DNA of 64,000 bases from Eledone cirrhosa (taxonomy: Eukaryota), in the NCBI GenBank assembly GCA_964016885.1, contig OZ024750.1, positions 1,922,001 through 1,986,000 on the forward strand. Direction: 5' to 3'. The notes beneath the pieces are model-generated. The model was not told the DNA's origin. It was given only the letters and a program-made list of their open reading frames with translations, and did not search any database. How positions within the stretch are numbered: position 1 is the first letter of the stretch; every line of letters starts with the position of its first letter. Both the position numbers and the translations under genes were made by a program. Shown one piece after another: positions 11,717 through 25,510 of the stretch.

Positions 11717-11789
<73 letters not shown>

Positions 11790-11790
<1 letters not shown>

Positions 11791-11987
11791 GAGGGTCGGC
11801 TGAAAAGTTCTTAAGCTGACTATGAATGAGTGATGCTAGAGCTGTGAAATCTTACATGCATTAATTTCAACTCTTCTTGTTAATAACTGCATTGTTTCTT
11901 TCCAGGGAATATGTTGAAAAATAAACCTCATTTGGTCATTCCATGAGAGTATCTTGGTCAGCCTATCAACTTCTCAACGTACCCTCG
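11790..11987 (+). mobile_element. Mariner-type MITE, about 198 bp
   Basis: TIR cgagggtcggctgaaaagttc.ta.gctgac / gtcagcctat.aact..tca...accctcg. At least 9 copies or fragments in the window. Confidence 0.85.
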
Positions 11988-11990
11988 TTT

Positions 11991-12119
<129 letters not shown>

Positions 12120-12267
12120 AGATCAAAAGATGGTTAAAAGAGTTCCATGTTTTAACCATCTTTTCATCTTATATATTATTTATACTCCAGTCCTACAAAC
12201 TGTAGAGTGCTACTTATCCGATATCTGCATTGCTTTATTGTACTACAATAAAACTCACCTCCTACAT

Positions 12268-12303
<36 letters not shown>

Positions 12304-12352
12304 TATATATATACATATATATTATATATACATATACATATATATATATACT

Positions 12353-12400
<48 letters not shown>

Positions 12401-12429
12401 CTTATATATATATACTTATATATATATAC

Positions 12430-12462
<33 letters not shown>

Positions 12463-13999
12463 CATATATATATACATATATATATACATATATATATACA
12501 TATATGCATATATAATCATATTACATATAATATTATATTGTTTATGTAGTTACTTATGTAATAGGTGCACACAGAAACCATTCAGGATTGATGTGGTGCC
12601 TGAGTCGCCCCTGGGTGCCCCTCCTCCCTATTGGGGAATCCTGTTGTTGGTATTTTTATTGTTATTGTTGTATTTATTTAATAATAATCTCAGTTAGAGA
12701 AGAAATAGAAAATAACTTACATTGTTTAGTTAGCGTCCAATTTAGTAAGAATCCAGATCTTTGGAATCGCCTCTGTACATTTAGGTTAATTTCCGATTTT
12801 TCCTTTCGCCAAAGACCAAATGATCATTTAAAGTTTGAGGCCTGCGGAAAAGAAAACGGCAAAACTTAAATAAATTGACAGAATTACTGAAAGATATCAA
12901 ATGTGGACTTTTTAACAGATTACTATACAATTAAGAATATGTAATTATTGATTTTATCTTCATATATGACGACATATGTAAGTTTATTCCAAATATATTT
13001 TATATAACAGTAAAGATCAATTTTATTTCAAAATACTCAAATATATTTCTAGGATTACATGAAAAATAATAAAGAATTTAATAATTTGATAGAACGACTG
13101 AACGACTGATTGCTCATCGTCGAATCGGACGGAGGATCTATCATCATGTATTGAATAATGAAAAACTTATATATATGATTTACAAAACAAACAAGTCAAT
13201 AAAAAGTAAAGAATTAGGTAGAAGAGAAAGAATGATTGACTATAGAGAAAAATCGATAAAAAAATATGTTTGATTGAAGAGAAAAATCGATAAAAATATT
13301 TTTGATTGAAGAGAAAAGAAGATATGCTCACTCAATTACACAGTATAACAGGGAATACTTGTATTACAGTCTTAAAATATTAAGATAAGCCAAGATACCC
13401 GTGACATTGCTGCAGGTGATAGCCTGGGGAAAGTGCCACAACAATAGCCAAACACCTTTAAATGTTTTTTTACAAATTAATAGGCTTTGTTGATTATATA
13501 TTCTAAAGTTAAATAAATGAGTAGTTTATCTTTAAACGTACATCGCAGAAAATGAGGAGGATTTAATGAACGAACTTTCCACATGTTTATTCCGAGAGAT
13601 CTTAAAAGAGTAACAAAAACGGTATTTAAATGTCTTAAATGTCGATAAATTCCTTTTAGAAAAATCTAACAGTTCTTTTGACAACAACAACAACAACAAC
13701 AACAAAAGAAACGTATACAAAATAAATACACTTAATAAATAGAATAAATAAACACACTCATATTCTTACAAAATTTCCTGGGGCAATCTTTCCGTGGTCT
13801 CACTTAAAATTGTAATCCACATACATGACAAACATGGTTAAACTCCACAAGTTTCTTTCTTTTTGTGTGTGTGTGAGTGTGCTTTTGGCTGCTGTTGTTA
13901 GGTTTTCACTGTAGGCAGAGAGGGTAATTACAGAAGTACTAAAGTGTATTACAGATCAAAGATTGACGACGGTAGGCGAATGCTAAATATAACCTGCAA

Positions 14000-14230
14000 G
14001 GGAAGCCTCTATGCCAGCCAGAGAAAGAGCCTCTACATAGCTATTCGACATGCTAGAAATAGCAACCAAATCTCCCGCAGATCACACTGTCGTCTTTAAA
14101 AAAAAAAAGGTAAGATGCAGCAACTAAATTAAAAACAAAACACACACACAAAGATAGACTGATAACGATATTAACACGTTAGATTATGTGTGAGGTGAGG
14201 ACTGATTGGTCTAGAGTTGAACAACAATAA
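14000..14230 (+). mobile_element. Dispersed repeat family D, (AAC)n-tailed
   Basis: cgacatgctagaaatagcaaccaaatctcc is shared with 21870-22045, 38630-38750 and 56185-56250 (minus); tail aacaacaa. Confidence 0.55.
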
Positions 14231-14898
14231 CTTTGTCATTCGCTTGCTATATAATAAGCACCAGTGCTCTGGTTTAACTACTGTTAGATAACTAAAATAA
14301 CTTATACACATTTCGTATAACTAGACTCTGAAAACTTGAATTGTCTCGAATCACTTCAGACTGATAACTACAGTATATATAATTTCCCTTCAACTATTAT
14401 TTTTAAAAAATATAACAAACATAATTTTAAAACTATGTTATCAAACCTACTTAACACAGCTGCAGTTGTTGTCGAAAATATATATATTTTTTTAATAAAT
14501 ATAATTAATAAAGAAACTTGGTATTTGATTTGAATAGAGAATAAATCAAAAACACAACTAAATAAAACATGTTACGAAATAATGATTTCTTACTTTCTAA
14601 TAACAATAATTATTGCATTTGAAAAGGTACATAGTTACACCTTCAAAGAAGAGAAGTGCTGGCTGGAAGTTTAATTTTTTTTGTTTGTTAGTTGGTTTGT
14701 TTTTACCGGGCTAATTTAACAAGTGGAGGACTTGGATAATTGTGAGCGCTTATCTCTTTATTATTTTTATTTATTTTTTTTTTTTTTACACTCAAGTAAT
14801 TTCTAGCAAGCTAAAAACATTATTTCTTTTTTTCTATTTTCTTTTTTTTTTTTTTTTTCATACTGAGGAATAGCAAAAGCGGTGGAGCACCTGAGACG

Positions 14899-15095
14899 CA
14901 GACCTGTCAACCTCTAAAAACCCGAACAGGGAGTACCATGAAAAAGAGTGCCCCAAAATAGGGAGAAATGAGGCAAAATGGGGGAGATTTTATATAATGA
15001 AAGCTATACCCATTTTCACAAGAGAAGACATCTCTGACCCACCCCAAAGTGGGTGGGAGATCTCCCCCGTCGCACGGAGAGAGTTGACAGGTCTG
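14899..15095. mobile_element. MITE with CAGACCTGTCAAC TIRs (hAT-like ends)
   Basis: cagacctgtcaac...gttgacaggtctg. Relatives at 19280-19360, 20240-20424, 27335-27430, 35932-36126 and 40808-40993. No clear TSD. Confidence 0.8.
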
Positions 15096-15166
15096 GTATA
15101 GTTACAATATTACTTAGTTCAAATCCCACTAGGATCAATTTTTGCCTTTCATATATGTCTAGGGAT

Positions 15167-15384
15167 CAGGGCGGTGAATTAGCAGTATCGGTAGAGCGTC
15201 GGACATGCTTTGTGGCATAGAGTTAAGGCCCTTTACGTTCTGAGTTCAAATCTGGCCATGGTTAGCTTTGGTTTTCATTCTTACGGGGTCAATAAAATAA
15301 AGAACCAGTAATGTTCTGGGATTAATTTAATCGACTTTCCCCCTTTCCCCTGAAATTGCTGGCCTTGTGCCTAAATCAGAAATT
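15167..15384 (+). mobile_element. SINE family A nested in an older SINE
   Basis: 16-bp TSD atatatgtctagggat (15151-15166 and 15385-15400). Confidence 0.85.
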
Positions 15385-15660
15385 ATATATGTCTAGGGAT
15401 TGATACAGAAGCTATAATTAAATGTAAAAAGATGATTCAATTGACTAACTATACGGCTATCCCATGTGATAACTATACGGCTATCCCATGTGATATTGAG
15501 TCAACAGAAGTACTTAGTTCCTTAGTTACCGTGACTCAGATAAGCTGAGACTTTCACCTGGCATGGAGGTTTAGATTAGATTTCGAGTGAAAGAGAAATG
15601 AGTTGTTGGTTTATATATTTCCCAAGTTCATTCATTATTCTTCTGTGATAATTCCACTCA

Positions 15661-15902
15661 AAATGGCGGTGGATTAGCAGAATCGGTAGAGTATCGGACA
15701 CCATATTACATCCTTTGATGTTACATATAATTACATCCTTTTACATTCTGAGTTCAAATCCCACCGAGGTTAGCATTGCTTTTCATTCTCACGGGGTCAA
15801 TAAAAGTACCAGTAAGACACTGGGGTCGATTTAATCAATCCCACCCCTGCACACACACACCCAAAAACAGTTTTTGTCCTTGTGCCTAAACCAGAAGCCA
15901 TT
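15661..15902 (+). mobile_element. SINE family A
   Basis: 13-bp TSD ataattccactca; family A body. Confidence 0.85.
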
Positions 15903-16207
15903 ATAATTCCACTCACATATAAGATGCCTTATATGGAATACTAAGCGATCAGTGCTTGGCGCTTGACTGGCATTTTATTTTATCGATCCCGAAAGTATTA
16001 AAAGACAAACTTGAATCATTATGAATTGGAAGTTAGAACGAACACGGCCGTATTTAAATGCCACAGAGAATTTTGTCGGACGTTCTCACGATTTTTCCGA
16101 TTCACCGACAGTTTGTGGCATAACTACAGTTTGAGAAATAACTACAAATTGGAATTTAAACTAAAGTATGGATTCAATAAGACAAAAATTTACTTTTCTT
16201 TTATAAT

Positions 16208-16417
16208 CAGTGCCAGATTTACCATTGTGCTTAGGTGGGCATAAGCACAGGATCCCGTTGGCCAGGGAAGGGGGAAGCATCTTCCTGCCAAAAGATTTCT
16301 TTACGACGAATGAGTCCCCAAGTAAGAGGCCTCATAACTTAACTAGAACGGGGCCTCATATCTTAACTAGAACAGGGCCTCATAACTTAACTAGCACAGG
16401 GCCTCATTTCGGCACTG
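16208..16417. mobile_element. hAT MITE with internal 24-bp triplication
   Basis: cagtgcc...ggcactg with perfect 8-bp TSD tttataat; a relative at about 45045-45162 has a single internal unit. Confidence 0.85.
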
Positions 16418-16669
16418 TTTATAATGTTACCTAATGCTGTGAAATAAGTTACTGTCGGGTGACGCCGCATATATAAATTTTAACCTGTCTAATATGTACA
16501 TTTTATATTTGCTGATATATTTGGAGAAGTGAAATCATCCAGTTGATAAATCATTTTATTACCACATTACCAGTACATGAGTCCTCAATTCACATGGAGA
16601 GGTAGATATTATTGCACATATCTCTCAACGGATAAACACTAGATATTCTGTATGTTAGCTGCCTGCTTT

Positions 16670-16763
<94 letters not shown>

Positions 16764-16901
16764 CGAAGAAAATGTCCCGTAGTGTCGTATCAAGTATAAA
16801 AGTGTCTATCCTCAATATAGAGCTAAGCACCGGCTAAGAGGTTCGCGATAAGATTAAGTTTGTATCAGAGAGGGAGAGGGAGAAAGACAAAGAGGGAGAG
16901 A

Positions 16902-16978
<77 letters not shown>

Positions 16979-17019
16979 TGTGATCATTTCTAGGCTATTC
17001 TATCAAGTTCATTATTGTT

Positions 17020-17192
17020 TGGATTGGCAGTATCAGTAGAGGGTCGGACGCCATGCTTTGGCGCATAGAGTTACGGCCCTTGCCATTCTGAGTTCAAATC
17101 CCGTCGAGGTTAACTTTGCCTTTCATCCTTACGGGGTCGATAAAATAAAGTACCAGTAATTGCTGGCTTTGTGCCTAAAGTAGAAACAATTA
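17020..17192 (+). mobile_element. SINE family A
   Basis: Near-consensus body, flanked by attattgtt on both sides. Confidence 0.9.
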
Positions 17193-17261
17193 TTGTTATA
17201 TTTTTTAATTTGACACTCAAAAAAGAAGAAAAGACTGTTCAGACTTTCTAATTTATTAGTC

Positions 17262-17439
17262 CATAGGTTGACTATGAAGGAGTGATGTTAGGGCTGTGAA
17301 ATCTTGCATGTATTAATTTCAACTCTTCTTGTTAATAACTGCTTTGTTTCCTTCCAGGGACTATGTTGAAAAATAAACCCCATTTAGTCATTCCATGAGA
17401 GTATCTTGGTCAGCCTATGAACTTCTCAGTTAAACCTCG
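17262..17439 (+). mobile_element. Mariner-type MITE, left end truncated
   Basis: Same body as 11790-11987. Confidence 0.8.
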
Positions 17440-17739
17440 TACAACATTACATTCGTCCATATAATCATGAGGAAATGAATTAAGTTACTTGATACCCAAG
17501 ATCAAATCGTGTATAGTATTAATTATTATTTAGATACTGGTATTGATGTAACCTAACCTAGACGGTTCCAAGATTAATGGCCTTGTAACTAGGTTTGAAA
17601 TTCATTGTGTTCCCTTCCTACTCCTCTAATAGAGGTCATTAATATTAGACCTAGGAAGATGATTGTCGTAGTAGAGAGCTGGGTGAGGGTTTTATGCGAT
17701 CTGGCGTGCAGGCACGCATCAGCCCACATCTTCCTGCCC

Positions 17740-18022
17740 CATAGCTATCTGTCGCATGCGCTGGTACGGACATGTCCTCTGCTTTCCACCAGATCATCCT
17801 ACCAGGACCTTACTCTCGTTCGACGCAGTGGCTGCAGACTGGATATCATCAGGGAAAATCTCCGGAGGCTCAACATCACCTTGGAGGATCCAGTGGAGCT
17901 GGCATGGGACCGCGAGCGATGGAGGGCGCTGGTGGACCTGGTCGGCCACAACAATTCTTTAGGATCGTTGGGTTAGGATGACCCGGGCCTCGTCGAGCCA
18001 GAGCAAGAAGAAGACGAAGACC
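17740..18022 (+). mobile_element. RTE-clade LINE 3' fragment
   Basis: RWYGHVL...LDIIRENLRRLNITLEDPVELAWDRERWRALV (frameshifted); (AAG)n-like tail. Confidence 0.8.
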
Positions 18023-18078
18023 ATGTTCCCTCCGAGTGGTCTCGAAAGATACACCCCCCCCCCCCCCACACACACACA

Positions 18079-18117
<39 letters not shown>

Positions 18118-18789
18118 GTCAATAATATTAATAAATGGAAAATATCTTTATAAAACCATATTTATTTTATTATACATATTTCAAGGGTACCGGTATTCTG
18201 GTACGCTTTCGTCAGATAAAATACAATATTTGGTTAAAAGATAGTGACATATTCACATATGAACTTAATATTATGAGTTCACTGCGGATAGTGAATAAAT
18301 ATTCAAAACTCAGGATAAATATGCTAATGAGGATAACGTTAAAACGGAAATATATATATACTCTTATGCGCGAGTCAACATGTGAACACATATCTGAGAA
18401 GCCTCCTATTCCAGAGTCGGGATCGATCATAAATCGATCTTTCCTCGAGCTGATCCACCAATCCCAACTGATTCTTCACTTGCTCTATATTGCTATAGTA
18501 ATATGTGTTCAACTGAAGGCCGAGGTGTTTAAGGTTGATCCAATTCTCGATATACTAATATAAAACTTCGTTATTGTGTGTTTGTTTCATTCCTTCGCAG
18601 TTTTCCTCTAACAATGATATTCTAGTAGTAAGAAAATGAAGAAACTCAGCATTGCTACCCCAGTGATGCGGGCCCGAGCGGAGTAAGGGAGCGTTCTTTT
18701 GTGTTTTGGGGAAGAACCCAAGTGTAGGCCGCCTTGTGGTTCCAGCGGACAAAATGAAGAAAACATGTCTCGAAGGATGGCGAGAAAGA

Positions 18790-19170
18790 TGCGTTGGAAT
18801 GGCCATTAGATCTCGCGGGGCTCGCAGTAGTGAGTAGGGATGTTGTCCGGGGTAAAGAACACCTCAAGTCTCCACTGTTACAGGTTCAGACTCAAACCTA
18901 TCGGAGAGCAACCAATAGTTTACCTTCTTCAGCCTGACGAGCAGCGACGCCTGGGTTAATCTTGAATGTACAAAGTTGCCGCTAAAGAAGGTGTCACAGC
19001 ATGTAACATCCCAGATGAAGGAGAGTGTGTGTGGGGGGGGGGGGGGGCTATCACCACGGAGTGGGAATATTATTATACCGTCTGTCCTCTGACTCTCCCC
19101 TCGGTCCAGCTCCACTAGCTAGAGCTGGGAAAGGGAAGCCTGCGGTGTCCAAGCATACTTTATAATCTCC
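18790..19170 (-). mobile_element. CRE-like non-LTR retrotransposon fragment (restriction-like endonuclease)
   Basis: LDRGESQRTDGIIIFP...IWDVTCCDTF...EPVTVET*G matches the RPDG..P...WDxTxxD...PxAVETxG motif of CRE-clade RLE domains; disrupted. Confidence 0.65.
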
Positions 19171-20826
19171 TTAATTAATAATAATGTTAAGGGCGATGTA
19201 TTGGTAGTATCGGTAGAGCGACAGGCAATATTCTTTGCAGCATAGAGTTACCTCCCTTTACATTCTGAGTTCGATTCCCTATTTTACCTCATTTCTCCCC
19301 GTTTTAAGGCACTTTTTTCATGGTGCTCCTCGTTTGGGTTTTTAGAGGTTGGCAGGTCTGAGTAATACTAACTATGTACGTTAACCCAAATAGAAATGTT
19401 TTATTAAGTAAAAACTGAAGCATGAATAAGTTTAAATTAATATAGTTATTATTTCAAACACGAATGTGATCTATAATTAATTGAAAGGGAAGCTAAGAAG
19501 CAATAGAGTGACAATCATATGGTACGTGTATTTCTATTGGCAATACTGACAACATCTTAAAGTCTGTTCTAAACGGAAGACTCATCAGGTATTTATCCCT
19601 AGTTTCCTCTATTAAAGATACTATAAACGTTTCATATAACAAATCCGTTTCTAAATATTTTCCACTAAACCATTACAGCATGTTCAGTTTAACTGAACGG
19701 TTTTCTCAATCGATCTTACGAACATAATTGATGAATCATGCAAGGGTTTTGCTTCTACACTTAGGTCCCAAATAATAGGGGTAGGGGTTGAAATAGGCGG
19801 TGGGAGATGATGATCGGTAATTTTTTGTAGGTTGTCTCCGTTGATTTTTAAAAAACCAGAATTAGTCGTTTAGTTTACATTTTGACACCAGCGTAATTGT
19901 ATCAGAAAAAAATGTTGCCACCAATTGACAGATGACACTTAAGAGGTTCTTTTTGGTATATTTTCTACACTTATAAATAAACAATAACAATAATAATGTG
20001 TGAGTTTGCCAAGAGCTTTGATCCGAAACAAGTATTGTATTGTATTTGGCAAGTAATATCTTGTTCACTGAATTAGGAATATGTAAGCAAGTCACAGGAG
20101 TGTGGCGAATGACTGGTTATTAAGAACCAAATAATTTCAGCTAATAATAACCACAAATGTTGTGTGTTGGCAAAGACAATTCTTTCATTATACGCTAATT
20201 TCCTACATTAGCTGAAGGACATCAACTGTTGGAAGTTGCAGACGTGTCAACTCCCGACGGAGAGATTTGCCTTCGGGGTGGGTGAGAGATGTCTTTTCTT
20301 GTGAAAATGAGTATAGCTTTCATTATGTAAAATCTCCCCGTTTTGTCTTATTTCTCCCAGTTTTGGGGCACAACATTTTTTCATGGTACTTGCTGTTTGG
20401 GTTTTTAGAGGTTGGTAGGTCTATAGTTTACATGTACTTATTAAATCGATCCTGGATATGATGAGAGCTAAGTCTACTTTGGTGAAATTTAAAAAACAAA
20501 GATCTTACCGTGGATAAACATTGCACAGGTCAAGTTCAGAAAGGAACTCTCATATAAAAAAACAAACCTATATTCAGTGAAAATTATTACCAATAAAATA
20601 AAATTGAAACCCAAACAACGCAACTAATCTACAGTAACTTCGAGCCTACAAGTGACATCTAGGTAGTTACTGACATACTAGAAACAATAGTCAAAGCTCA
20701 CTCTTCAAGATACACTTTTCGCCCATGAAAAGACTTCTATATTTTATTTTATTTCCTTTTGTGCTAATTTTTTTTATTTTTTTTTATTTCCTGACAAACT
20801 TGACCCAGAAATTCACCGGAATTCGA

Positions 20827-20956
20827 CAAATAAATAGTTTCACTTTGGCAAATAAATAGTTTCACTTTGGCAAATAAATAGTTTCACTTTGGCAAATAAA
20901 TAGTTTCACTTTGGCAAATAAATAGTTTCACTTTGGCAAATAAATAGTTTCACTTT
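20827..20956. repeat. 22-bp tandem repeat, about 6 copies
   Basis: Unit caaataaatagtttcactttgg. Confidence 0.95.
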
Positions 20957-21093
20957 AAAATGGCGCTAAAAGTAAAACGACTTAAACTCCATTGAAAATA
21001 GTCTGTACGATGAAGACTAACTAAACAACGAGCCCTGAGCAACAAAATAGTTTCAATAGAGATACGTACATCTATCTTAAACAAGACATATTA

Positions 21094-21203
21094 ATAATTG
21101 TTTCTACTTTTGGCATAAGGCCTGCAATTATCCCAGTGTATTACTGGTACCTTATTTTATCGACCCCGTAAGGATGAAAGGCAAAGTTAACCTCAGCAGA
21201 ATT
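21094..21203 (-). mobile_element. SINE family A, 5'-truncated
   Basis: Reverse complement of the family A 3' half. Confidence 0.85.
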
Positions 21204-21395
21204 TTAATAATGATAAAATATAACAACATAAGCTCAAAAACTAAAATGATACTCGTTGATACTCGTTCGATGACCTCCAAAATTACCAATCAAATATAAG
21301 AAATATTTCACATGACATTATCGATTAAGCCATATATATATATCAATATATATAATATCAATATATATAATATAATAGCAATATATAATTGTTTT

Positions 21396-21506
<111 letters not shown>

Positions 21507-21536
21507 ATATATATTGATATATATTTATATATATAT

Positions 21537-21645
<109 letters not shown>

Positions 21646-22567
21646 AACAACCCCTGTCAGTTCAGTCAATAATAATGGTTGCGCTTGATTCGATTTATTT
21701 GTATGAGTAAAATCGATTATATTGTCTTCGGGCGAATGAAAGGTAAAATTGTGAAGGTATCATTTGAACTTAGAATGTAGGATGTTATACCTCAATGTGA
21801 TATGGTATGTCTTAAGCGTATTTACCTACTTAATCATCTATTACATCATTAAAAGCACGAGTCAACTACACGACATGCTAGAAATAACAGCCAAATCTCC
21901 TTTAAAACACGCCCTACCTCTTAGAAAGATGCACATCGGACTATGTTACACTGGGTGGGCGTTGCCCTAGGAAATGATGGGATGCTGGAATGCCTTTGAT
22001 CATGGGTAGGCTCGATCAGGGCTGATCTGGTGGTAATCAAAAACAATAATATTAACAATAATATCATTAGATAATCCAGGTAAAGGTGTAAATTACATAT
22101 AAAATATATTAAATTAAACTAATAAATTCATTTCAATACCATTAAAATATATACAGAAAATATATGAGATTATTCATTCATAAAGTAACATAAGTTCAAA
22201 TATTTAAAATAATATATCAATATATATATTAATATATATATATTCATTTATATATATTCATTTATATATATTCATTTATATATATATAGTAATAATAATA
22301 ATGTGAAGACTAAAATCCAAAGGGTGAAACACCGATTCTTTGCTTAAACTTTAATCTGTTTTTTAATAAATATATATATATTGATATATATCAATATATA
22401 TATATTGATATATATCAATATATATATATATTGATATATATCAATATATATATATATTGATATATATCAATATATATATATATATACAGTTCAAACTAAA
22501 TTACATCAAATATGTTGACAATCTTTTAATAATGTCTTCCTTGTGAAATTTGTGGTCTTGTTTTGCT

Positions 22568-22630
<63 letters not shown>

Positions 22631-22656
22631 GTATATATATATATATATATATACAC

Positions 22657-22824
<168 letters not shown>

Positions 22825-23238
22825 TTACATATAAAATAAATCGAAGAATTTTCAGAAAAGATGGTGTAATGCAAACGAGAGAGAGATTGTCTTACCCCTG
22901 CATCGGACTGTTCAGAGCCAGTTTTAAGAAACATTAGATAATTTCCTTTAGCGACGGTGGCGGCAGAGAGCGGGAAATCACTGACAACAATTAGAACATA
23001 TCGTTGCAGTAAGTTATGTTGTTCATTTGTGCAACAGGAGAGGGAGGGCGGGAAAATCAAACTATACGGAGCGGTTGAAATCCTCATAGGCTGACTATGA
23101 AAGAGTGATGCTAGAGCTGTGAAATATTGCATGCATTAGTTTTAAATCTTCTTGATTTTCTTACTAGGCAAATAATGACAAGGTTACTAACATATAAAAC
23201 TGAATTAATTAAATACCTATAAGAAGCCTTAATATATA

Positions 23239-23601
23239 CAAGGGTAGGCTGAAAAGTTCATAGACTGACTATGAAGGAGTGATGCTAGAGCTGTGAAATC
23301 TTGCATTAATTTCAACTCTTCTTATTAATAACTTCATGGTTTCTTTCCAGAGACTATGTTGAAAAATAAACCTCATTTGGTCATTCCATGAGAGTATCTT
23401 GGTCAGCCTATGAACTTTTCATAGGCTGGCTATGAAGGAGTGATTGATGCTAGAGCTGTGAAATCTTACATGCATTAATTTCAACTCTTCTTATTAATAA
23501 CTTCATGGTTTCTTTCCAGGGACTATATTGAAAAATAAACCTCATTTGGTCATTCCATGAGAGTATCTTGGTCAGCCTATGAACATTTCATCCGACCCTC
23601 A
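23239..23601 (+). mobile_element. Head-to-tail dimer of the mariner-type MITE
   Basis: Two bodies fused at gtcagcctatgaacttttcataggctggc; outer TIRs and TA termini. Confidence 0.85.
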
Positions 23602-23922
23602 TAATTGTGTATAAGGTGTTCAAGCTAACTTTGGTCTCTTGTGTATTTTATTTTACTCTCGACGTTCTTTTACTCGAAGTTTCTAGATAATACGTGGGTA
23701 TTTTTATAGGGTTTACTGCAGTGTTTTTTATTTCTTGTTGGAGAAAGAAATGACTGACAGAAGAAAAAAGTGTTAATAACAAACGAGTCTATTATTACAA
23801 AAAGATAAACTAAAATAAAAATATTTGTAATTCAGTTATCAGCGAGTAGTATAAGTCTATAGTGGGATATCACTTGCATGAGTTTAGTTAATCGTATCGC
23901 CCACTATACTAAGGTATATTAC

Positions 23923-24007
<85 letters not shown>

Positions 24008-24108
24008 CTTGCCTTCTGGCATTCGTTCCGGCTCTTGGCGCTCTGAGTTCAGGGTCAACTTTGCCTTTCATAATTTCGAGGTTGATAAAAATCAATACCA
24101 GTCCAATG

Positions 24109-24156
<48 letters not shown>

Positions 24157-24387
24157 GGTAGAAATCGGCTGTGTCCTGACCTGGAGAGGGGATGGCCTCT
24201 CCTAGGTTTTAGAAAATGCTGCAGCCACGGCGCCCTTTACGACTCCATCAGGAGTTACAGGTCAATACATATATACATACATAAACACAGATACACACAT
24301 ATGTATATACATATATACAAATACAGATACATACATATACGATACATATATATGTATATACATATATACAAATACAGATACATACAT

Positions 24388-24765
24388 ATGATGGCTGCAA
24401 ACTCTGCCAAGAGTATTGCAATCGCTTGTCAGATTCAGATGTGTGACGCTCGGATATGGCTTTTCTAGCCTGCTAGAGACTTGCACTCCTTCACACACTG
24501 ACGAAAACTATGGATCTCCCTGGTTTGAGGTCCTGCATCAGGTTGCCTGTGAACCCTCACGACACCATGGAGATCATAGTTCACTGGTTCTCTTTGAACA
24601 TGGCTGCGACTGTGGCTCCTGAGACCAGATTTACTCAAGAAAATGTTTCCACACTCAGAGCACTTCAATTCAATGGAGACACCGATCGTTTCGAGAGATA
24701 CACCAGGCCATTGCTTACGCACATCCCGTTTCATCTTATCGTGCTCCATGCGTCTGTTCTCAAAA
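24388..24765 (-). mobile_element. RTE-clade LINE 3' fragment with two C2H2 zinc fingers
   Basis: FENRRMEHDKMKRDVRK...CSECGNIFLSKSGLRSHSRSH and a damaged second finger RQCVKECKSLAG*KSHIRASH; 3' end tactcttggcagagtttgcagccatcat plus (ATGT)-type tail. Confidence 0.75.
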
Positions 24766-25049
24766 TATATATATATATACGTATACAGATACATACATAA
24801 ACAGATACATACATATACAGATACATATGTATATGATAGGCTTTCAAACAGTTTCTGGACAATTTGTGAATATTACAAGTCCACTTTCATTTTATCTCAG
24901 TAAAAAGACTATCTTTTCTAAGATCATTTCTCTCTTAACTTTTCTTTCCTTTCTTTCTCTCAACTGAGATTTTCATTTCCCATTTTTGCGTTTCTAATTT
25001 TTATAGAATTAGTTCTATTCTGAACAATGTACTCTATCTTGGTAGCCAT

Positions 25050-25232
25050 TGTCAGTATCGGTAGAGGGTCGGGTGCCATGCTTTGACGTATAGAGTTACG
25101 ACCCTTGCCATTCTGAGTTCAAATGATGCCGAGGTTAACTTTGCCTTTCATCCTTACGGGGTCGATAAAATAAAGTACCAGTAATACACTGGATAATTGC
25201 TAGCATTGTGCCAAAAGTAGAAACAATTATAA
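25050..25232 (+). mobile_element. SINE family A
   Basis: Family A body. Confidence 0.9.
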
Positions 25233-25259
25233 TTAGGAGTAGCATGGTTAAAAGATTCA

Positions 25260-25510
25260 TTTTCAAAAGATAGGATGGATATGCGCTAATTATTATGATT
25301 AAATGTATTTACGGAGTGTTGCAGGATAGTTGGAATTTATCTTAATATAAATTAGGCTTACTTGCAGGCAATATTTACCAATACCTAAATCTAGAGTTAT
25401 ATATAAGAAATTAACTAAATTTCGAATTGTATATATTGTGATATTTAAATCTAACGTTTCGAACATGTTGATGAGTTCCTTCCTAACAATATTGTGCGGC
25501 CAGCCATACC
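25260..25510 (-). mobile_element. Penelope-like element RT fragment (decayed)
   Basis: KELINMFETLDLNITI...VNFLYITLDL..GKY...YIKINSNYP resembles the PLE motif K.LI..F...GL.ITI...VNFLDVTLDL...YI...SNHP. Confidence 0.65.

Noticed and set aside
24465-24794. Host C2H2 zinc-finger gene
   Set aside because: Begins in a microsatellite, has a stop in finger 2 and ends in a retroposon-type tail.
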